DNA of 64,000 nt from Tubiluchus corallicola (lineage: Eukaryota > Animalia > Priapulida). The first letter of the stretch is position 1, and each line of letters begins with the position of its first letter. The DNA lies in NCBI GenBank assembly GCA_030141605.1, contig JAQGDQ010000027.1:1-64000 (forward strand), read 5' to 3'. The translations under genes and the position numbers were made by a program. A model generated the notes under the pieces. That model did not search any database. It was not told where the DNA came from and saw only the letters and a list, made by a program, of their open reading frames with translations. Of the stretch, positions 1-25,500 are shown piece by piece.

Positions 1-220
1 TCCATATCCTCCACCTCCACCACCTTTACTGTCCATCATTCCATAACCTCCACCTCCACCACCTTTACTGTCCATCATTCCATATCCTCCACCTCCACCA
101 CCTTTACTGTCCATCATTCCATATCCTCCACCTCCACCACCTTTACTGTCCATCATTCCATATCCTCCACCTCCACCACCTTTGCTGCTCATCATTCCGT
201 ATCCTCCTCCTCCACCACCT
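1..220. repeat. 39-bp coding tandem repeat (tccatatcctccacctccaccacctttactgtccatcat)n, about 5.5 copies
   Basis: Directly visible; the unit is 13 codons, MMDSKGGGGGGYG on the minus strand. Confidence 0.9.
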
Positions 221-387
221 CCTTTACCTCCTCCACCTTTGGGTGCATAACCACGACTTCCATAACTGTCCATACCACCTCCCTTGTCTCCACCGCCACC
301 ACCACCACCATAACCTCCACCTCTTGCCTCCATCATTCCATATCCTCGCCCACCGCCATTTCCACCAGATACAAATATTATGAGAAC
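1..387 (-). CDS. Exon of a glycine-rich repeat protein (partial; runs off the window start, first exon not located)
   Basis: Acceptor ttttgcttctcag at 388-400 on the minus strand, then 129 open codons to position 1: VLIIFVSGGNGGGRGYGMMEARGGGYGGGGGGGDKGGGMDSYGSRGYAPKGGGGKGGGGGGGYGMMSSK followed by repeats of GGGGGGYGMMDSK. This frame is missed by the ORF track because the exon has no initiating ATG and no stop in the window. Confidence 0.75.
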
Positions 388-749
388 CTGAGAAGCAAAA
401 GGAGACTATTAACATTCTAATATGTCTAACAAATAATCTTACTTAGTCTAATACTGCTGTTAAAAAGAGATCCACTGATCCAAGAAACTTCTCCCCTCTG
501 CAGTAAACAAATTTGAGCTAATTGGTTATCGTAATTGTCTGAATTTATCTGCCCGTCGTCCGCTCGTCCATTTTCCCCTCTGAATTTCACTATCTGATTT
601 AAATTTTGTTATTCCTTCTAAGTGAAATTTGGCATCCAAATTGTTGAACACTTTCACGTTGGTGAATTTACTGTTGAAAAACTTTAAAGTGAAATCAATT
701 GAGTTCACAACATGATGAAATGAACCTACAGTTATTGAATTTTTGAAAG

Positions 750-858
750 CAAACTGTCCAAGAGGAAATGCGAAAAATTCCGAACCGAACCTGTATTTGA
801 ACCAGGGCGGCTTTGGGCTACAAGCTTAATTCCTTAATCACTGAACTGTTGAGCTCCA
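750..858 (-). mobile_element. Degenerate tRNA-derived SINE head or tRNA-like relic
   Basis: Minus strand ggagctcaacagttcagtgattaagg...ggttcaaatac resembles Pol III A and B boxes; no intact cloverleaf. Confidence 0.3.
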
Positions 859-1660
859 GAAGTCTTGAAGTTAAAATTAAAGATCATTAAGCTTGTAATA
901 TTTTAGTTAAAACTTGCTAAATTAAGTAGTTCTTTCTATTTAACAAGGCACTTTCTTTAAAGTTCTTTTTAATGTATGACACTTTTTTCAGTTATATGAG
1001 TATACCATCAACTTAATACTATCTAGTATTTGCACTTATGTTAACTGTAAAGAAATTCAAGCATGAGTATTTGAGCTTTTTTAAAATCACTGAACGCAAA
1101 TTTAACTTGTGCACAAGAAGATAAATGCACTCTTTTAGCAAACGTTGATTAAATCAGACTCACCAATGCCAGTGATTCAAGTGTTAAGGCTCTAAGATGT
1201 CTCATTATTTGTGATATAGTATTTTCACCTTAATGTTGTGACACGCAATTGCCAGGCACTGTTTTCCATTACTGTTTAATGAATTTTTAGCTGGATGAGT
1301 ATCTCCTTTTATTTATCTGTTTTTATCTGACCTCATGCTCTAATAACTTGTTACGTTTGTCTGCTAACTGCAGTTGATCCTCATGCTGATGTACGGATCT
1401 CACAAGTTTCTCTTTGAAGCATCCAATTGTTTTCCAAATAGCTTATTGTATTAGTGCAATCTATCTGATTGCTACAGTGATAATCAAACAACCAGAAATC
1501 AGGAATTTGTTTACTTAGCGAGTGAGAGTGAAAATCCCCATTATGTAACTATTTCGAATCATTGGGCATATAAATTATCGTTTAATAACCCACCAATGTA
1601 GGTATATCGCAATGATGATACAAATTGTTTGAGCCTATCAAGCATTAAAACGGGTCTTAG

Positions 1661-2239
1661 AGGAAAACAGGATGATTTTTCAAATCCTACCACATTTTCA
1701 AGTACGGTAAAAACCATACATTTAACACTAATAATATTGCAAAAGCATTTCTGATAATTGAATAATAGATTATAACCTTAGTTAATGGTAGATGACCTCA
1801 CCTATTGATGACATCACAAGTGAACATAATTTTCAACAGCAAAAACTTTTGCAAACACGTATTGCACGTGTTTGCTAAAGCTAAAATTGAAGTACAGTGC
1901 TGCTATAAGAGATACAGTGCATTTATACTAAAACTCGGCAAGTTTTAAGATAAAAACAAATTTCAAATGAGGTCGAACGTGTACACTATGTCATAAATGA
2001 ACACCTCTGAACTGAGAGGTACAGCACCTGTTTTTTGTGCATCACGTTTCAAAAATGCAGGTACTAGTGCACATCTAACTAACGAACAGCGAAGAACTAG
2101 TCGCACGAACACAAAATTGTGTTTGCAGGATAATAATTATTTCACGTAAGTCATTCTTGAAAAAATAGTGTGTTCCCTTTCAATATTTTAAAAAGTAGAT
2201 TGTTTTGATCTGTAGTTTAAGATTGGGTCCGGTTTTCCT
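1661..2239 (+). mobile_element. Non-autonomous DNA transposon, Kolobok-like family copy 1
   Basis: Termini AGGAAAACAGGA...TCCGGTTTTCCT followed by TTAA; the interior aligns by eye with 10427-11011, 40326-40865 (inverted) and 58495-58765. TTAA target with RR..YY ends is typical of Kolobok. Confidence 0.7.
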
Positions 2240-2430
2240 TTAATGAATCTTCACTCAAACATGTATCACGTAGGCCTAGATTTCTTTTGATTAATTAAAC
2301 ATCTTTGCCATTTTTCTTGGATGAAAATGTCTAAAGCTATGAAGTAAAAGTTTAAAGTTTATTATAAAGCTTTATGGCTAACTGTTTCTGCTGCAAACTG
2401 TGACGGCAAGCATTGTAAATGATTATTCTC

Positions 2431-2818
2431 TAGGGGTGTGCATCGAGCATTCAAATTCGATTCAAAAAAGTTTTTTTTAACTCGGAATAGATTTGAACCT
2501 AAAATTACAGCTTCGAATAATTCACCACTTCAACGACATACGTTCCTTATCATTAAAATGTTTGAAACGGCAGCTACAATTTCTGTGCACAACTTTTAAA
2601 CAAATACTAGTATTTTTTCTGCAAAACAAAATCAATCAATATGCTTGATCTTTGTGAGACCACTTTTTATTAATAATTCGAAATTTTTTTCGAAAATCTT
2701 TTAAACTGAATTCGAAATCAATTCAGATTTGAAATCTTAAAATTTGGTTTGATGGAGCTCAAATTCAAAAATTCGATTTGATTCAAATTCGCTTTCTGAT
2801 AAAGAATGCTCACCTCTG
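2431..2818. mobile_element. hAT-like MITE
   Basis: Imperfect TIR TAGGGGTGTGCAT / ATGCTCACCTCTG; near-perfect 8-bp TSD ttattctc / ttattcac; many internal TTCGAA-type subterminal motifs. Confidence 0.6.
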
Positions 2819-4953
2819 TTATTCACGCATCTTTCCTGTTTTTTAAATCCCAGTAGTTGTTTTGCTGTACTCAGCTAGGCATTATGACTGCTACCTTATA
2901 CATCTGAATTTGAACTTTAATTACTTATTTTTCTCCAAAACACATTTACCTGAAGGTGAAATGCTAGTGTGCATACTTAACAAAAATCTCACAGAATTTG
3001 TTATATTGTGGGTTATTCTTCAAATTGATGCTGATCTTGTTATTGCGAATTTCATTCTCCTTAATTCACTGTAAATTTGCAATTCAAACTTGTGAAACAT
3101 GGATTTTGTATTTCTCATTTTATTTGGCAATGTTCAGTTTTGTCAGGAACCGGAATTAATACACTGTAGGATGGTTAAAACAAATAGTTCAGCACTTTTT
3201 TATTTGTTCTGCGCAGTAACCTATATAGTGTTCTAATGACTACATGGCTCGTGGGTTTTAAATTTCTACAAAATCTTATTTACTCTCTTATAGAGAACAC
3301 TTGACACATCATGACTAATCTTTAACTAATCATGTCATATTTGATGAGGTAATCATCAAATTTAAAATTTTATGATATTTACATAGTTTTTGTTCGCATT
3401 CAGAGGTAGCACTGTAAACAGGCGTACAGCATAATTGCTGTTAAAGTAAACATGCTATTGTAGAAAATGATAATTTGAAGCAGATCGTGTTTGCATTGTT
3501 GTCTTGAATTTGTATACTTTCATTTTTTATTTGGTAACGAATGAATTGAATGCTCGTCAACTAGGAATAGCGTGCTTGTCTCAATTTTTGAATTTTTATG
3601 GAAAGACTTTAACTAAACAGTTACTGTTACCTCACATATTTTGAATGAGTTCAAGCATGAAACTGCACACAGTTAAACAAACAGCTTTTATCACATATTT
3701 AGTTTTACCAACAATTATGAGTGTTATTGGACAGTTTTTTGCAGGCTTAATAGCCTTTCATGTACTTTGTTTTAAAAATTAGTCCACAGTTTTTCTTTAA
3801 GTACTTTAACAGTTTTAAGATACAATCAGCCTCATAAATCACTTTTGTATCCTGCTGTTTTGTTATTGCATGCCTAAACAGTCAACAGTCTTCCTATTAT
3901 ATAGCAAAAGCCAGTTATTATATTAATTAGCCTGTTAAAAGAAGTCAAGATGGCCTTTAGGTCTCAGGAAATCTTTATTTTTCCTTCAGAAGCTTTTGTC
4001 CTTCATGGACATCACAAGCTGTACAGAGAGAGATACAATAAAAATTACAAGTAAGATTACACATAAAATAAAAGTATACAGTGCCCTTAAAATAAGAGGT
4101 GCAAGGTAAAAGAAGGTGTATTAAAATAACTGAATTAGAAGAAACATTGCATTTATTGATTAAGAAAAACAAAATGAAAATTAAACTGACAAACATACGT
4201 AAAATCAACTTTATATAGCCCAGATCTTGAAAGATAACAAAATACTGTGAATGTTGACTTTATTAATGTCTAGTCAATTATGGTGGTGTACTAACAGAAA
4301 AAAGACTAGCTAACTGTTTGTGGTGTGTTAAAAGCCAGTTTTATATTTACAGGAGGAAATTTCTGAAGGAAACAATAAAGAATTTTTGAGACCAAAACGA
4401 CATTTTGATTTACGATCATGGCGAGTCTTAGCGCTTAACCTTATTTTCAAGTTAATCGCCAGTTGGTCATTTCAGTTTACCCTTAGGAGTCCACTCAGTA
4501 AAATATGAAACAGACCCTTATATCTTATTGTGTTACCTTTTTGAGCTATTAGTGACTGGGCTTTCTTTACCAATCACATGCTGCCTAACATGAAAAAATC
4601 ATATATTACATTTTATGTCATGAGTTCAGGCAAATATTGTACATGCTAGAAAATGAATTGCACATTATCATTCTTTGTAACTTAAGGAAACAGATGTGGA
4701 TAATGCATTTTGGTAACATTTGGTTTGCTTTGATTATATTTATTTGTGTTGTAAGGAAATATAAAGTTAGATAATTTTGATGGTGGATAACAAAAATCTA
4801 GAAATTCTTCATTAATGCTACATCTATTTGCTCAGCAGTGTTCTAAAATACTTCAGCAGATAAGTTGGCAGTCACAAAAAAATGGAAAATACTTAATATT
4901 TGGTCTGTAAAACAGGTAAAAATTGTCTCTTATCACACACATTTTTATTACAG

Positions 4954-18543
<13,590 letters not shown>

Positions 18544-21500
18544 TATTTGTGTAAATGGTTTTGTGTAGGTGATAAAAACTATCTTTGTGCCTTTTAAATG
18601 ACATTTATAACATTTCCAATGCTGCTACAGGAGTGACTTTTTTACGCTTTTATTGGAGGCGAAATAGTGTTCTTACTTCCACAGTGTGATACAATAAAAG
18701 ACCACGACTCTTTAAGCCCGGTTTATGATACATAAAGAACTATTTGATTGAATACGATGCATTCATATTGCTTTATTTTTATACTTTTACCTGTGTAATG
18801 TTTATATAAAAATTTTGTATGAAAGGTGCTCGCTGATAATCTCACTTGAAAGTAATGCAAAAGGCTAGGTTTATTATTATTACTGAAAATTTATATTTTT
18901 ATGCATTTTGTTATTTTTATTAAGTTGATGTCACATAATTGTCTGCTAATTTCATATATTGTATGTCTTGAGAGTTTGGCTTTAATGTGAGAGTACGTGA
19001 TTATTGACATTTTGTAAATTTGATCCGCATTATAAATGTGCAGAATAGCAAATTAGTGAGCAATCTTTCTATGACAAACGTGACTACCAAAGTTTCCGAT
19101 TAGTAGTTTTTATAAGTTCATTCATTCTTTATCTACGCAAAGCAGAGTTTCTCTCACATAAATTTTTGTATGTTAACTGTCATAAATTTGTAGTTTTTAA
19201 GCATTTGTGCTATTTTAACAGTAGCTTATGTTGTTGCCCATTGGCAGGATAATGATATTAAGAAACAAAAATTGTTTCTTTTATGATGATTATTATTGCT
19301 GTCAATTCTTATAGTAATTTGGGATACAGTGTAACAACAATACTGCAATTATTTTAGTACAGTCCGAAAATGTTACAGTTACACACACGCACTACACAAT
19401 CAGTGCTTTAAGGAACATTGTTACTATGTGCATTGCAAATTTACCAGTATAATTGCCCTTTTAAATGTATCAGTTGATATGAACTGCTGTACATCATGGC
19501 TTACTGTTAATAGGGTAACTTTCAATCGTTAAATTTTTTACCTATTTAACGACTTTTTCTTGTTTGAGCTGTAATATTGTCTGTGCCTTGTGCCTTCATA
19601 ATGGCAGTGTTCTAAAATGTCACTCTTTTGATTTTTAATTTTGGATCCAGCTCCGTGACTCAATCTACTACATATTTGCACCTTGGTTAGAAAGCATTGT
19701 AAGTATAGATAACTAACATGATATTTATAAAGTGAATGTGTCAAATTGTAAAATCAAAATGTAAAGTTGTAGAACTTGTTGAGTTATCATGTTTTAAGCT
19801 TACACATGTATATTATAATATATGCTATATTACAATAATATGCCTTGTCTTTACGCCATTAGCTGAAGTTAGCTACTTAGAAAATCATGGTGCTCAAAGT
19901 CTATTTCTAAATTAAATTCCGAGTAAATGATTCCAGTTATTTTTTATAATTTTACTTCACAATAATTACATTCCAGAAACCTTTCCACTAACTATTAAAA
20001 CAAATATTTTTATACAAATTGTTATTTAGCTTTTTGTCAGTGATATGAGAAGACACTATTTGCTAGCTTCGAAAAAAGGTTTAGAGAATCAATTATGTGT
20101 ACATAGTAAACAAGTCTTGTACATAAATATTGTGCTATTTCCCATCATGTCTCGTCTAGTAATCTATTTTTGTATTTTTATTCATTTGCAATAGAGAATA
20201 GTTATGGATAATTATGTTAGTTTGCTGTTTCTACACGACTACCATGTGTAATTTTATTATATCAATATTTTTTATAAATGTTTTAGAGGCGAATGATTAT
20301 TACCACCAATTTTTTGCAAGCATCTTTGCTACAGGGTAACATTATTAATCTACCAAACTTTAACTACTGCTGTTTATATTTTAAAGCTGTGTACTATTTG
20401 TTTTAATAGTGCAGTCACAAAATTTGCACGTTAAGATGTTACTGTTTTTATAGCATTTCTTCTAATGGACAGACTTGCTCTCTTTTAGCCATTCTACATA
20501 GCTTTCTTTGTTATCCTACAGTTTATCATTATAATCTTAGCAGTTGTGTTGCAGGCTTCACATCAGAAAGCAGTATTCATTACTTACTTGACTCAATTTG
20601 TGTTGGTATATGATAAGCAAAAATCTGTTACTGTCATGGCTGCTTTATAAACTCACATGAATTTGGTCACATGGATTTGGACAATTTTAGCGATCATAAC
20701 AGCATTACTAAAGAGCTGATTTTTGCCTTTAATTTACATTTCACTCGAAATCGATTTGCATGGGTTTCCATCAGACCAGAAGAATATTTTAATTAAAGTG
20801 GATGTGACTATGTAACTTGGTAAATTGGGTCTGGATCATGTGCAATTTAGCTGTAATTAGTAATGATTAAGATTTGGCAGTTGTTATAAATTATGGTAAA
20901 ATAACAAGAGTATTTTATAATTTGGTAATTTGAATTTATGATTGTTTTTTTACGTTTTTATCATGCAGATTTATATAATAAATTGTTTACTAATAATTAT
21001 TTGTATACAAAGTTTTTTATGAATTGTAAGCTGTTTTCCATAATTTTCAGCCCAAAACAAATTACTAATGATAATTTTTGATGCGATTGTTGATCTAGCA
21101 CTATGATACTAGTACATATTTTGAATATATTCTTTGAACATAGTTTTGAATATACTGTATAATTAAACGGACGATAATATAAATACGTAAAACTAAATAT
21201 TTACATGCAAATAGAATAATAATTTAACAAAGTGATGGAACATTTTTTGTTGCATTTTTTGCCAAAATTTTATTATAGTAGCAATTATAATTATGCAGGA
21301 CGAGACTGTTCTGGATAAGCAACACAACAATACCAATTGGTTTGTAATTGTCAGTTAAATATCATTCTCCCTTTTGCTCATACGGTTCTTAAACAAGCAA
21401 AAACTTTCAAACTATTTTCAGAGTAGATTGCAAAGTCCCTTTAATTCGTTTACTAGTACATAATCAGTAATATCTTTGTGATAAGAGTGCAATTTGGTTT

Positions 21501-22249
21501 GTTGACAAAGAAGGAAGTTCATCTCAGTTTGATCTGACGTTTTTCCTTAGTCAAACAGACATGTGCGATAAATAATTATAAAAAATAATAATAAAGTTAC
21601 CATTGCAAAATCACAAACATTTGAAGCACAGCTAAACCTGTATTCTTATTTAATGAGTAACAGCAGACAAACTAATTAGAATTGTATTATTATGTTCTAT
21701 TAAATTAGAATACTGAATATTAAAAACTGTATAATTATTTGGTTAAATATTAAGGTTAAATACTACAGTATTAATTATACATTATTAAATACCAATATAA
21801 CTGGCCTGATTGACAATATATGTTAATTTAAATACTAACATTACAAATTAATGCTTAGATAAATCATCAATGATAATAATTATTAGCTTTGGAAGCCAAG
21901 GGAATCATTCAACAAATTCATTTCGAATTAATGGTTGTGCCTCTTTTCGCATTTAGACTTAGGTCACTCAACTCGATCAGAATGTCAAGGCTTTACATAG
22001 AAAATTCAACAGAAGTTAAAAAATAGAAATTTTGCATGCAGTAAATATGAGCAATATAATTGCCAAATGCCCTATCAGGAGCCAATAGTTTTTTCATTTA
22101 ACCTCAGGCTTTGTTCTTTCAACCTAGGTGGCCTCTGTCAAATAATAATTGAGGCTTTGTGGCATTCAATAATAATTATTACATTAGTTTAATTATTATA
22201 ATCATTAATGCTCACTTATTCTTACTGGACGGTACTCTAGTTAACTCAG

Positions 22250-22330
22250 TTATGTGCAGGTGGCGCACAATAGGTTATGCTTCTGACGTCAGTTCGTCCA
22301 TTTCGACGCCATATTCATGCAGTGAGGAAC
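22250..22330 (+). promoter_or_regulatory. Probable proximal promoter of RBM26/27
   Basis: CpG-containing patch about 250 bp upstream of the ATG, with a CRE palindrome TGACGTCA at 22284-22291 and a GCCAT (YY1-like) motif. Motif match only. Confidence 0.35.
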
Positions 22331-22555
22331 TTTTGTATGTTGAGTCCCATATTGACAGCAAAAATTGGAGTTTAAGTTTAATAAGAGGCAATTTGAAGTA
22401 AAGCCATTGGCGATACGGTTGACTATTTTTCTTGATTTCGAAGTATCTGTGGCTCAAGAATTACGGTGACAGTACTATACGCTGCAAAAAGTGATGACTA
22501 TTTAACTACTTCGAGCACGTGACAGGCTACTGTCCATTTAATTTTGTTGATCATA

Positions 22556-25500
22556 ATGGTGAAAATCGACGACATAGATGCATTGAAACTGTGGTTAACG
22601 AAAACGCTAACACCTATGTAAGATTTGAAGTATTTATTTTCTTGTTGTACGATTTGACCAACCTACCTGCTTCCAATTAATTACTCATTTGTCAAGAACC
22701 TGCCATCTACATGTTAGATTAAACTTTTACCTTAATTAACTAATGTCAATATAAATATGCAGAATTTACAAGTAGATTGCAGTTTATGTGGTTCTTTTTT
22801 AAGTTACATATCGCCCAAATCAAAAATATTGTTGAAAGCAGGGCTACAGTAGCAAGATATATCCTTTATCTGCACACTGATGTAAAGAATGGTTGAAACA
22901 TCCCTCCTATTTATTTTAAAAAATTTACTGTTAGCATCGCGAGAACGAATTAAAACTGCACGATTTCATGAAATATTTTCATTTGGGAGTTAGCAGAGAG
23001 CGGTATTTGTATCTACTACTGTGTGCTACAGCCTAGGAAATAACAACGCTTCACAAAAAATAACCAAAGAGTAAACTTACTGAAAAGTTAAATAGAACTT
23101 TGGGCGAATTTTCTCAGTGTGCGCCATTTTGCAGCGTCTGTGTGTGCCAGTAAGTGGTGTACTCTACCTGAATCAATGTCTACAGAGTTTTTGCCGTAGC
23201 TGCCATATTTCTTGCAGTGCCTAACTGCAGATTCTCTTGTGAGCTAATAGGACTTGCTTATTTATTGTTTACTGTTTATTGTTCTTCGCCACTCCTTCCC
23301 ATTTGTTTTTTTAATTTATACCATTTTTTCTATGTATTATTATTGGAATGAAAAATAAATTATTTGATTTGATTTGTTTTACTTGTATGTAAAGCGCTTA
23401 CTGGTAGATAAAAAAATTTAGGTACATTGATTGGATATTAAATTTTTATCACAACTCTAGGTTAGAAATATCACTAAACAGTCAGTAAGTTATCATCTGT
23501 AGGCTATTATTTAAATTTGTGCTTTATTGATATTGACGATTGAATTCTTATTTTTCACAGTTGTGATGCGGATCCAGGTGCTTTGGCAAAATATGTTGTT
23601 GCTCTAGTCAAAAAGGATAAACCAACAGACGAATTAAGAAGCATTTGCTTAGACCAGTTGGACGTATTTTTGCAAAATGGTAATTCAGTTTTTTCTTCAC
23701 TTTTCATTTTAAGTTGCATGTATGCAGTTTGCACGACTATGCTGTTTTCTGTTACTGATAAAACATAACAATGTAAATTTTAATAAGCTCTGCAAACTTA
23801 ATTATTTGAGTTTTTTAGCTGTGTTAGCTTAAAAGAGAATCCATATCTTTAAAAAAATCTGTAATTGTAAGAACAACATGCTCTGTTGAAAAATATTGAC
23901 ATTTAGAGGTTTTGCATAGATACTTGTGTTTGAAGAGAAGTATTTTGTATATTGTGGTTTTGTGAGGTAAGGATGTGATAGCTAATCAATTGCTATATAT
24001 GTTGCTGTTTATTAGCCAGTATTTGAAACTTCATAGCAATGAACCAATCAAGCTGCCTCCACTACCTACTTAAATATGTAATTGTCTCTTAGTTGTGTAT
24101 AAAAACAATTATCTGCAAAATTAAACTTTGTCTAGGTATTTAAGCATTTAAAGATAGCAGAGTTGGTGACTTGTAATCTGTTCGCTATCCTTTCTCTAGT
24201 TTTATAATTGCCAATTGTAACAATTTTTCACGACTTACTTAAACTAATTTGTGTTATTAATAGTGTTCTTATAAATAAATTTAAATTGAATTGAAATTAC
24301 TACTATTATCCTAGCTCATTTGTCTCATGCCAATGCTTTGTTCTGTAGTGTGTTTCAAATGGTAAAAAAACTTACGTAGTACTTACTACTTATCGCTGTC
24401 ATTTATGCAATGAACACTGATTTACCTGTATAAACTTCGCTTAAGTAAATTTCATGAATTCAACTAAGATGACGTCAGTCACTTGATCTAAAAGATGTGC
24501 ATTTGTTCCCCCTCCCTAAACTTTCGAACTTTGCCTAAATATACTATCTCAAATTTATGAATTTCAGTAGTTTTGCTATACTTTTTTCTGTATTTGATTC
24601 CTTTTGTTTGTTGTGGCTTGTTACTTGGCACAGTAGAAGTTTTGATAATTATTGTGATAGTTGGCACAGTTTTTATATTTGAATATTCTATTTGCAGACA
24701 CTGCTAGTTTTGTAGCTGTTCTATTTGAGGCATTACAAACAAATTCCTACAAGAAATTTGAAGAGGATAATGTGGCCCCGCCAGTTTTAAAAGTCGTTGA
24801 AGTTAATGGAAAGAAATCAGAAGAAAAGGTGATTCCAAAGAAAGAGGTAAAGTGGTTCAAAACTGATACGACAAGCAAGCTTGTTCTAAATCTGCTTTCA
24901 GAAATGGTATGTAAAACAGTGTAAATTAGTAAGCTGGAGCATTTACAGTGTTGCAGGTTAAATGCTAATAATCACGCTGTTTATTTTGAGCTGTTTGTGC
25001 AAATTTTAGATTTTTCACTCTGTTTAATTCTAATTGTCTGTGTGCGCTGCAAATTTGTAAAAATTAAAATAAGTTTTTGGGTTTTCGGTAAAAATTGTTC
25101 TTCTGCAGGAAGTTGAAGAAAATCGCAAGCCTCGGGGCAGAAGTCGGAGTCCGACCAATCAGCATTCAGACAGTCGAACCAAAAGTCCCCGGCGAAGTCC
25201 AGCACGACGAAGTTCGCCTGGCAGAAGAAGTAGAAGCCCCACTAGTCGAAGAAGGTTGTTAGTCATTATTTATCTTTTTTTTAGATCTGTTGCTGATCTT
25301 AATCAGTAATTTTTGAAGAGTTTAAAACAATTTGACTGAAAGTTTTAGCAGAATTAACTAGCAACAGTTTATGCATTTGACTGTGATTTTAGATAAGAAT
25401 ATACCAGATGTGCGACTATGGTCTAGTGATTGGGAATTTTGCAGTTTCAAAGGGTCTTTTTTGCCAAGACCTATACATTTGTGCAGTTTGCAACTATTTC

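Noticed and set aside
224-415. Trp/Arg-rich 63-aa ORF in the track
   Set aside because: It is an out-of-frame reading of the Gly-rich exon, and its ATG lies in the intron.
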